Assembly: GCA_024704765.1 (NCBI GenBank)
Contig: JAKMXF010000299.1
Location: forward strand, 124,001-188,000
From: Oopsacas minuta
Lineage: Eukaryota; Animalia; Porifera
DNA length: 64,000 nt
Direction: 5' to 3'
Position 1 is the stretch's first letter. Every line of letters starts with the position of its first letter. Below are positions 54,794-64,000 of the stretch, piece after piece. A program made the translations under genes and the position numbers. The notes below the pieces were generated by a model. It was not told the DNA's origin. It ran no database searches and saw only the letters and a list, made by a program, of their open reading frames with translations.

Positions 54794-55140
54794 TGTATAA
54801 TTGTAAACTAGAAATCCCATTAGTCGTAAATAATATTGCGATTATTCTCTACTCTAAATTCATTGGTTGAAACTCTCCGTATTTTTGTATAATTTATTCC
54901 GATTATCATCACGTATTCTTGAGCATATCATCATACTTCTGGTGAACTTCGGACTGTGGAAACAGAGTGAAAATATATAGAGCGAATTCGTAGATCCCAA
55001 CCAGAACCTGGCGTCTCGCCAGGTTCTGGTGGTTGTGAAGAATCATATAATGGCTGAGATTTCAATTTTCACCCCAGAAAAACCGGAGACTCACGGGTAA
55101 GGAGTGAGAGTTGGCATCTCTGCGAATTCCTAATCCAATA

Positions 55141-55217
55141 CAAATGAACCTCCACAAACGTTGAAACGGGGTAGCATTTTTGGGGTCCCTGGCATCTCGT
55201 TTGTGGAGGTTACACTG
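55141..55217. mobile_element. MITE family B copy (77 bp)
   Basis: TA|CAAATGAACCTCCACAAACG ... CGTTTGTGGAGGTTACACTG|TA. Confidence 0.8.
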
Positions 55218-55252
55218 TAATTGACATTTCAACTATTTCTAAAAACAGCGTG

Positions 55253-56041
55253 ATGGCTGCATATGGTGGAATATGCAGTAGCTGCAAAGTAAGACGATCT
55301 AATCCTGGTTACAAATGGTGTGTTGAATGTTACAATTACAGCAAAAATAAACTTCCTTCTATACAATGCAAGAATTGTGGCAAACCTCCAAATCCTGGCT
55401 TTGACCTCTGTGAAAATTGCTATCGTAAAGGATTAGAAGCAAACGGGCCTCTTCAAATATCCTGTATTTTGTGCAATAAATCTTGGGCAGAGCCAAATGC
55501 AGATTTATGTAGACAATGTTTGGATTTATTTGCCAACGAAACAGGACCTCAATTAACACAGCAATCGTGTAATAAGTGTACCATAAACATAGCTACTCCG
55601 GGATTCCCTATGTGCGAGGGTTGTCACAGTCGGGAGCAGTTACAGAGGATATATCCATACTATCAACCTTATGCTAACGGTTATGCATCAATGCAAATGC
55701 CTTACCCTATCCCTCAATACACGAGACCTGCACATCACCAGCAATTACCACCAATGACTTACACTCAGGCATATCCCTATCAAAATACAGAGGTTCCAGC
55801 TGCCCAAGATAAAGATGTCAAAAGTCTACTAGACATGGGATCTACACACGTTAATACAAAAGAGAAAAAAGAGAAGGAAGATCGACCGTCTTCCGGTGAA
55901 GCTAGTGACTACCATTGCATATGTCCTCAATGCTATAGCGACACAAGTAGAATTGATCTGTTCTACTGTGTGCATTGTTTTGATAATGTTGTAGAAGGAA
56001 AGGATATCTGTAGAGATTGTACAACAGAGAAGATAAAATAA
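55253..56041 (+). CDS. Orphan Cys-rich protein with four CxxC-x10/11-CxxC repeats, a Y/P/Q-rich linker and a C-terminal Cys cluster
   Basis: Single-exon 262-aa ORF; repeats CSSC..NPGYKWCVEC, CKNC..NPGFDLCENC, CILC..EPNADLCRQC and CNKC..TPGFPMCEGC. Confidence 0.85.
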   Translation: MAAYGGICSSCKVRRSNPGYKWCVECYNYSKNKLPSIQCKNCGKPPNPGFDLCENCYRKGLEANGPLQISCILCNKSWAEPNADLCRQCLDLFANETGPQLTQQSCNKCTINIATPGFPMCEGCHSREQLQRIYPYYQPYANGYASMQMPYPIPQYTRPAHHQQLPPMTYTQAYPYQNTEVPAAQDKDVKSLLDMGSTHVNTKEKKEKEDRPSSGEASDYHCICPQCYSDTSRIDLFYCVHCFDNVVEGKDICRDCTTEKIK

Positions 56042-56177
56042 TATATTACTATTTACAGCGAATTGAGAGTTGCTTTTTCCTGTTTAAACAGAATAATCCT
56101 ACGTATATACTTATGTATTTTCTATTATTTTTTGCTAAATATTAATATTAGAAAACATATTTTTAACATTTTCCAGT

Positions 56178-59100
56178 ATGCCTAAAATTTCTAAGCCAGA
56201 TAAGGCAACAGTAGGACGAAGTAGAAAAGTGACGATTATAAGTCCAAAGAAAAATACGGGAAGGAAATCAATAAAACGTAAGAAAAAGAAAACATTAAAG
56301 ATATCTGGAAAATCTCTCACTTCTATACAAACTGTTGTAACCGGTACAGTTGAACCTTGCACTCTACCCCCTTCAGTGCAAGGACCCTTGAGGGGAACAT
56401 TGGTATTTACTATTGGACAATTAGATTGGAGACTGCCAATAAACCCACCAGAAAGTCTAGCAATCAGGTAGGGAATATCATACAAAATTTCCATGACCAA
56501 CCCTTATTTAATCAACATTCTTTCTTGTAGATTGCGTTGGTGGGGAGAGTCTTGTCACAAGATACTCTACCCTCCAATAATTCACGAAGGACAGATAATA
56601 CAATCTATCAATACAAACCCAATATGCAGTAAGTTAATACAAACAATATTGCGATATATTATACACACATTATTGATCTTTTGGTCTTTTTTCTTGTACC
56701 TGTTGATTGAGTAGGAACCACTGGTAAGTACAAGGGAGTATCGGTATCAAACAGCCAGTTATACCAAATGTTATTATGAAAAAGTACCATAAGAATTGTA
56801 CGAGTGTTAGATCTTGTAGAAATTCTATCATCTTTGTATAAATCTAATCACAAATATTAATACATTAATACTGTTGTATTCATTTGGGTGGATTTGATAT
56901 ATTCGAATTTGATGTATATTTTATATATAATATAAATACTAGTATATACTAAAATCTCTTTTTCTTATACTTGTTACGATATCCAAATTTCCCTCTCCTC
57001 CTAGCTATCTGTAGTTTAGTGAATCTAGTCTTATTATAACGCTGAAATTCTGCGTCAGCTAATAGCTCTTCTACCATTGTACTTTTTCTAGCTTTTTTAG
57101 GCAATCTGCTAGAATAGAATTCTCCTGGTCCTTCTATTAGCCTTCCTATCTGGAAGAACTTCGGTCTTTTCTTCTTTCCCCTCTTTTCGTTGTAGTAGCG
57201 CTTCGGATCTAATGAACCTCTCATTTCTAGGACTTTCAGTTCATTTTCTAGCTCCTCAGTCATTTCTGGTGCTCGCATCTCATGCCAACCTTATACATGT
57301 GAAAAAACGTATAAATTAATGCTACTAATCCCTGAAATAATTATACATAATCTATCAAAAATCTTAAGAGAAATTTAGCTCCCTTTTTTCAAATTTGTTT
57401 AGCTCCAATGGAATATATGTATATCTTAATACAAATTTTCATTGAATATAATTACCTTTCCCTGTTTTTTGTTGCCTTTCTTCTCTTCTCTGTCTTTTCA
57501 GTTTATATTTACTCACTCTTAGAGGGGGTACATACTCTTTCTGCATAAAATCCGGAGTAATTATACTCTTCTTTAGAATAGAATCACCGTTATTTTCGTG
57601 TTCACCATCACTCATCAATTGCAATCTCTCAAAAGCTTGCTCAGCTTCACTTGGGTCGTAACTAATTAGATTTGGGATTTCTAAGTTGTACTGGATGTTT
57701 GGTACTTCTAGAAACTTCGTCTTCTCTGACAAACCTGGACCTAACTCCATTACTATCAAGATAAACATAATTAAATTGTGTTTTAAAAGCTTGAAATTTG
57801 TCATTTATTATTTGCTAAATATTTAGTGAATTATTCCAACAATTTGTTAAGTTTTCTTGGCATTTTCGGCTGCATCTTTTTCTCTATGTAACTGTCTCTT
57901 TCCTTGTCCTCTTACTCGGAGTTTGCCAGCCTTCTCTCTCTCACTGAAAAACCAATCTCTAGTATCGTAATGCTCATCGTAGTAAAATCCCATAGCTCTC
58001 ATTTTCAAGAGCAAGTTGTCCAGCTTCTTGAAAGGAGGGTAGAACTTCTCAAGCTCCATCTCCCAAGGACGACGTGCGAATAACCGCGAAATTCTCAAAT
58101 CTTGATTAGGTCTTACCACCTCTCCGAAAATGATTTTTCTCAGACGAGACATACGTAAGTTGTATTGTTGAAGTGATCTCGACATATTATCTAATTCTCT
58201 AAAAATATTTTGCATATTTTCAACTAACTTAGCAACCAAAATTATTAATAATTATTCTAATTATGTGTAATCTATTTCTATATAGAAATATTTAAGTGAT
58301 ATATTATTTATGAAGCAGTCCCCTTTATAGGAGGGTATTTAGGTTTTTTCTTTTTAACATCCTCCAATGGTTCATCCCCCTCATCATCTTCCTTGCTGCC
58401 TGTCACGAATTCCCTTTTGATTTCATCCGAAGTGAAGAAAGCACTGCTCACGTCTGGATAAGTGAATTTCCCTTCTGCAAGCAAAACATAAGCTACTTTC
58501 TTATCTGGGAATTTATGTTTCTTAGTTTGAAAAGATCCTTTTGGTATAATTTCCAATGTTTGACCTAATAACAACACACTAAGATTTTAAACAAAACCTA
58601 TATATTAAACGTACCAACCTAATTTTATCATTGTATTAACTTTCTTGACTTTCAGTCCGTATATCTGTTCCAAATAATTCTTAATCTCAAACTTTGAGAA
58701 CTTCATATCAACATGGAATACAACTACATTATCCGCAACAGGTCTATACGGTCTCACCATATATATATTCTGTTCTGGCATTAGGATAAACTTTGATAGT
58801 CTGTACGTAAGATCATATGGATCTGAATTTTCATCAGTTTTTTGTTGGTACTTTCGAGTTATAGGTTTAGCCACACAACTCAATAGAAACTTATTATTCT
58901 GTCTAAGTACTTGCAACATACTTTTCTAGGCACAAACTATGCTATCAAATCAGGACCAAAACAGTTTAAAACGTATCTACAAGATACAGGCTCACTAATG
59001 CTCGATGCACTAGAAGATCAGGGAAAAGTAAAGAAACTAATTGCACAAGGAAGTATTGTTAATATTGAGACATTACTAGAGAAGGTAAGCTTACATCCAC

Positions 59101-62100
59101 AAAATATTACAATATTATCCAGCAAACAGTTTAAGCTAAAAACCTAATAGTCATCTTTTCTTCGAGGTCGATATCTGTTAGAGCCTCTCTGAATTCTGCG
59201 TTTGAGATTTTACCGTTTCCAGCTTTATCTCCTTCTCGCAGGGTTTTCTCTGCGATAGCTACTGTCTGTTCCATAGAGACATGTTGTCCTACCATACAGG
59301 TTAAGACATGTACTAAATCTGACTTAGTTATTTGATCAGAATTTGATACATCATAACATTTAAATATGAAGTCTATTTTCGCATCTGTGATGTTTGTTCG
59401 ATCCTCAGTTTTGCTTTTTTTTGCACTCTGGAAACAGGCTAGGGTAAGCACGAACTGATGGAAGTTGATACTATCGCACTGGGGACCTCCCTTCAATTCG
59501 AAGAAGGACTGAATTATCCTCGTTCCTAACGGATTCAACGCTAACTCTGGTATCAATTGTAAATCTTTCATCTGTAGATATCCTTTGTCTTCCTTGTCTA
59601 ATGCATTGAATCGTCTGTGTAGCCGTTTTATTTGATGATGTGTAAATCCAGTTTCTTTGTGCAATTCATCTAAGTTCTCTGTAGTAAGAATACTTGGACT
59701 ATTCCCCATTTTATTCAATTTAATTCAGAATAATCTATTTATACTCATAAGGCTGTGGCTCAGGTTTCTAGGCATATAAATTTATAAGTATTATAATTGT
59801 CTATTCTATTAATTACGTATGTCTTATGGTGTAAAAATTGGAGCATTTATGATCACGCGTTGTATTTCTAGGATGTGATAACAGATGTTGTCCCTCTCTA
59901 TGACAACAAAAGGAGACAAATAGCTAACTTAAGAATTAGGGCTAAACTCACAATGATTGGTAAGGCACTATTATATGCAGAGTGTAAACTCCACCGGGAA
60001 ACGGCGTAGCAATTTCCGCGTCCCTGTCACCCCGTCTGTGGATGTTACACTGTACAATATGTTATCCGTATATAGGTGTGCTTCAGAGAGATCCTGATAC
60101 AAATGAAGATTTCAATATGATTCCTACTGCATTAAATAACGATTTTCCAATACCTATACTAACCAAACCTATACCCTCAAAACTGCTGAGAATATCACGA
60201 CCAGATCCAGACCTAGTCCTCTCTCCTGAGAAGGAGAGAAGTTTCGAAGATTCGCCAGAATTTATTAAACCCAAAAAATACACACACACAATCATCCCCA
60301 AGCCAAAAATGAAACCTTTCTGTGAACCGGAGAGTGTAGAAACTCTCATTGGAAATACAATCAAAGGTAATACATTCAAATAATTATACACATATAATAT
60401 TACTAAAATTGCTCAAGAACACCTGAATAGTAAATATTCCTAAAAATTGATAGCTTCCATAGGAAAGTAAAAGTAACTTGAATTAAGTCAATCTTCACTA
60501 GAACATTTAGGTTTTTGTCTGCGTTTGAACAGAGAATTTGTTTCTGAAAGAGGTTTTAAAGAAATCGTATCTTTAAGTCGCATTTCAGATAGAGATAATT
60601 CCAACATTGCAGGCCAGCCTTGTTTCGATTCACTGAGCAGAGAACCGCTAGTTAACGGGGTAAGAGGAACTTCTCTATGCTTATCGAGCCAAGGATCACA
60701 CAGCACTTGCTCGACCGTGTATCTTGATTTAGGATCAATTCTTAATAGACTTTGTATTACGTCTTTTGCGCCCTTTGAAATGTGTTGCCAATCGTCTGTA
60801 GGAAAATTGTATTGACCTTGTTTGATACGAGATTGCATACCAATCGAAAAGTTCCTCTCTGAACGAGGATAGAAAGGAGGATACCCACATAACATGATAT
60901 ATGTAATTACACCTACAGACCACATATCACATGCTTTATCGTATCTCGCTGCTGTTAACACCTCTGGAGCTACATAGTAAGGTGTATAGCAAGGTGAAGT
61001 AAGATTCGATTCTCTGTAATTCTTTGAGAAACCGAAATCTGCCAATTTTAAGATTGAATTTTCGTCTTTAGTTGCGAATAAGAAATTTTCAGGCTTGACA
61101 TCTCTATGAGCAATACCATTCTGATGTAAGAACCTAATTGCTAAGCATATTTGCCTTGTCATTAGTGCAGCTTCTCTCTCCGTAAAATGTTCTTTTTCTT
61201 TAATTCTATCAAATAATTCTCCTCCCAACATCTTTTCCATTACTATGTACATCTTGCTTTGGTTTTCGTATACGTCAATTAGTTGGACGATGTTATTATG
61301 TTGACAAACTTGTGAGTGAATCATTGCCTCATTTCTCGCTTTTTTTGACACATTCAAAACCTTTACAGCTCTCTCTGTTTGAGAATTCAGTTCTATACAT
61401 TTGTACACTTTCCCACTGAGGCCAACGCCCAGCTCTATTTTAGTCAATTCGTACTTATCAGTTATTGGATGTGTTTTTATTTGAACTTCAGGCAGGTTGG
61501 AGGACTCAAATTTTGGAGGTAGATTAGCCATATCTAATATTTAAATACGAATATGAATTACAGAGTAAATTAAAAATTAGAATATTTCGTCCATCCAAAT
61601 TAGCTATATATGTTCATTTTATTATTTACAGGAACAGGGAATGGAGAATTTGGCAGAGATGAGATTTTGGAATCTCCATTTGAACCTAAAGATAAACTCA
61701 AACAATACGACAGAGCTTCTAATACAGCTCCAATTATTGATCCAATCATTGGTATTTATAACATTCAAATTTATAAGGTAAGAAATGATTACACTTGTTT
61801 ACTAGGTTTATTGCTATCACAAGATCCGCTACATACCGATGGATTTGTGCCAGGGGAGTATAACCAGTTCTTAGAGGAGAGTCTAGTTAAGGACTCCTCC
61901 CTTATAGAAGATATACTATATTTAAACGGATCCACAGCAGCAAGAAATGACAGGATATTGAATGAATTAGAAATGTAAGTTAGTATATTTTATTAGACTA
62001 CATAACATATTTACCAAATGGTTGTTAGGGAATTTGGTGGAGATATTGATTTTACAGGGCAGAATTTACAAAATTACACTACACAAGAAGAAATACCAAT

Positions 62101-64000
62101 ACAAGATAAGGGAAATATACGGAAAGAAACACCTATTATAACCGATCATCTGGGACTTAATCCAGATGAATCAGATCTAAGCTACGCCTCAATAAGAGAC
62201 AGATTAGGATCAGAGAGAATAGCAGAGCTTGAGAGAGTATACGCAGTAAAAATATATATTGAAAAGCTAATATTTAATTCACAGCAGCTAGATCTGATTA
62301 TCAAGCAAACATCTCCGTCACAATTATCAAGAATATACAGGTAATACATTTGAAACCATTGAGTAGATATTTAACTAATTGAACCTATCTATATAGGAGT
62401 ACATATATTGTAGAGTATCAATTGGACACTACAGGAGGTGAGAAGAGGTCTAGAAGACCGGAAGAGAGTACACGAGTTATTACCAGGAAGATGGATGGAG
62501 ACGGTAACATCATATTTAATCATAGGACTGTTATGCCTATATGCTTAACAGGGGGAGTTATAAAGAAATGGTGGAGCAATATACTGGAGTTCAAAATATA
62601 TAAAAAGAATTTGGGACAGAAAAAAGCAATTAATCTAGGTATCTATGTATATATTAGAACCTCCGTCGAATTTGTATTTACAGCTTTCTACGTTAGGAGT
62701 TTCTGTGATTAATCTCAAGAGTGTGTTAGAATCACAAAACCTGAATATGACGTCATCTTTGGATGTACAGATACCTACACATTTACAGAGAGAGCAATAC
62801 CCGAGTCATTTAGACGTTATCATAGAGTTAGCTAGCGAACCTCTTAGAGCTCATCGTAAGCCAAAACAAATAGATAATACAGGTTTGTAGTACTACAGTC
62901 AGCTCCCGTTATATCGAAGCTCAAAAGACCGCGAAATTTCTATTTACTATGCAGATTTGATATAACCGGTTAACAATATGTTACTTTGATAGTACGGGAT
63001 CATATTTGGACCATTTCAGACTTCGATATAACTGGGAGTTGACTGTATTATAATATTTCAATAAATAGATGGAATAATTTTCAGTGAAACAAAAGAGAAA
63101 CATGTAACATTCGCGTGTTCCCCTTCACATACAGAAGAGCCTTATAACTCTTCAGATCAACAAGAAAGTTCTCAATCAGATAACGATATACCAATTACCT
63201 CAGGAAGTGATCCTTTAAGACTTAACCTATTGCTCCTCGTTACAGATGGTAGTGAAATATCTGTAAGTAGCAAACAGTGTCCTTGGAGAGGAGTTAACCC
63301 TTATTTAGTGGCCAAACTTTTCTGTGCTGACCCAGCACCACAGAGTAGTGTGCATTGGGAGAATGGAGCTCCTAAATTCGCATTCAGGTTCTTTCCAAAT
63401 TTTATTATAATGTCATCACTAAAATATTTTACACTGTTTATTATAGACAATTATTTCCTATACAACTAACACACAATATTCTAACTACACGACTATGTAA
63501 TAAGGTTGTAGTGATAGAAGTATGGCATAAAGAAACTAATAGAAACAAACCAAGTGATGAGCTTATTGGACTCGTACAGCTGTCACTACATCAGTTCTAT
63601 ATTAACTTTACTCACCCAGAGAATGTAGCACAATCTCTACAGGTATTTGCAATTAGATTATTTTGCACATAAATTCAAATATATAAGTGTGTAAATATAC
63701 GTATAATGGGTTGAACTTATCCATGGTTCGAATTTACCACGAAACATGATGTCGAATTAAATGAAGTTTCTGTCTCTTGTATATTCTAATTTACCCAATA
63801 TTCTAGGGCCAATACCCAGTAGTAAGTGAAAATGGATGCTACTCCATAACTGACCCATTAACTGGTAGAAATCGCGGCTACATATCCGCGCTCCTGGCAT
63901 TGGGATCATTAGAACAAATCGAAGCTTTAGAACAAAACATCACAGAAGGCGCATACTCAATTAAAACAGCAGCTAGCACGAAACAAAATACTTATCAAGT
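56178..64000 (+). CDS. C2CD3: C2 domain-containing protein 3 (centriole elongation/ciliogenesis), 3' partial; hosts five antisense genes
   Basis: LPPSVQGPLRG.L......W...PP...IR|LRWWGE, then TNYAIKSGPKQFKTYLQD after intron 56629..58929, and later NPYLVAKLF, VVIEVW...LIGLVQLSLHQFY and LLALGSLEQIEAL all match C2CD3. Confidence 0.9.
56949..57750 (-). CDS. DNTTIP2: Fcf2/DNTTIP2 pre-rRNA processing protein; exons 57750..57456 and 57289..56949
   Basis: KTGK|GWHEMRAPEMTEELENELKVLEMRGSLDPKRYY...PKFFQIG...FYSSRLPKK.RK.TMVEELLAD.EF.RYNK (Fcf2 domain). Confidence 0.9.
57847..58185 (-). CDS. MRPS33: Mitochondrial ribosomal protein S33
   Basis: MSRSLQQYNLRMSRL...IFGEVVRP, F...PWE, LL.KMR.MG.Y.DEH.D. Confidence 0.9.
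   Translation of the reverse strand: MSRSLQQYNLRMSRLRKIIFGEVVRPNQDLRISRLFARRPWEMELEKFYPPFKKLDNLLLKMRAMGFYYDEHYDTRDWFFSEREKAGKLRVRGQGKRQLHREKDAAENAKKT
58308..58919 (-). CDS. MRPL23: Mitochondrial ribosomal protein L23; exons 58919..58619 and 58564..58308
   Basis: NVVVFHVDMKFSKFEIKNYLEQIYGLKVKKVNT and K.PDKKVAYV. Confidence 0.9.
59131..59709 (-). CDS. CHP1: Calcineurin B homologous protein (EF-hand, N-myristoylated MG start)
   Basis: MGNSPS.L...ETGF...QI.RL..RF..LDK, IPELALNPLG.RII.SFF, EF-hands and C-terminal EEKMTIRFL. Confidence 0.92.
   Translation of the reverse strand: MGNSPSILTTENLDELHKETGFTHHQIKRLHRRFNALDKEDKGYLQMKDLQLIPELALNPLGTRIIQSFFELKGGPQCDSINFHQFVLTLACFQSAKKSKTEDRTNITDAKIDFIFKCYDVSNSDQITKSDLVHVLTCMVGQHVSMEQTVAIAEKTLREGDKAGNGKISNAEFREALTDIDLEEKMTIRFLA
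59980..60052. mobile_element. MITE family B copy in a C2CD3 intron
   Basis: GAGTGTAAACTCCAC ... CCCCGTCTGTGGATGTTACACTG|TA with the shared core GGCGTAGCAATTTCCGCGTCCCTG. Confidence 0.7.
60488..61531 (-). CDS. MAPKAPK2: MAP kinase-activated protein kinase 2/3-like, intronless, nested in C2CD3 intron 60367..61631
   Basis: LGVGLSGKV, GGELFDRI, HRDVKPENFL, DFGF, LTSPCYTPYYVAPEVL, YDKACDMWS.GVI.YI.LCGYPPFY, VPLTPL and a C-terminal KRR NLS. Confidence 0.92.
   Translation of the reverse strand: MANLPPKFESSNLPEVQIKTHPITDKYELTKIELGVGLSGKVYKCIELNSQTERAVKVLNVSKKARNEAMIHSQVCQHNNIVQLIDVYENQSKMYIVMEKMLGGELFDRIKEKEHFTEREAALMTRQICLAIRFLHQNGIAHRDVKPENFLFATKDENSILKLADFGFSKNYRESNLTSPCYTPYYVAPEVLTAARYDKACDMWSVGVITYIMLCGYPPFYPRSERNFSIGMQSRIKQGQYNFPTDDWQHISKGAKDVIQSLLRIDPKSRYTVEQVLCDPWLDKHREVPLTPLTSGSLLSESKQGWPAMLELSLSEMRLKDTISLKPLSETNSLFKRRQKPKCSSED
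62896..63045. mobile_element. MITE family A copy (150 bp) in a C2CD3 intron
   Basis: TA|CAGTCAGCTCCCGTTATATCGAAG ... CTTCGATATAACTGGGAGTTGACTG|TA. Confidence 0.88.

Noticed and set aside
55000-55030. Hairpin as a Helitron 3' terminus
   Set aside because: No CTRR end at the expected distance on either strand.

Overview
AT-rich (roughly one-third GC by eye), extremely gene-dense eukaryotic DNA with short GT-AG introns (mostly 50-120 bp). The gene set is animal-like (NK-like homeobox, LBP/BPI, death-effector domains, MYO1E, KIF17, C2CD3). A non-bilaterian animal such as a glass sponge is my inference, not something the sequence proves. I can reconstruct about 35 protein-coding loci, at least four Tc1/mariner-type MITE families and one probable U12 intron. 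I found no CRISPR array, tRNA or rRNA. The main signal is gene architecture. METTL16 holds four antisense genes in one intron, and C2CD3 holds five antisense genes in three introns. Two intronless genes sit on the SAME strand inside their host's intron: a PPxY-bearing membrane protein in MVB12, and an LBP/BPI protein in a split HAPSTR1/C16orf72 gene. About 24 of 34 inferred start codons have a YAG 3'-splice acceptor within 10 nt upstream, often in intergenic gaps under 150 nt. This suggests spliced-leader trans-splicing of polycistronic, partly intron-nested transcripts. Other oddities: a tandem-DED ORF broken only by single-base frame slips, a divergently oriented orphan CxxC-repeat protein, a DHX35 with DDVH instead of DEAH, and a degenerate crotonase-fold protein. 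All identifications come from recalled family motifs; no database search was run.
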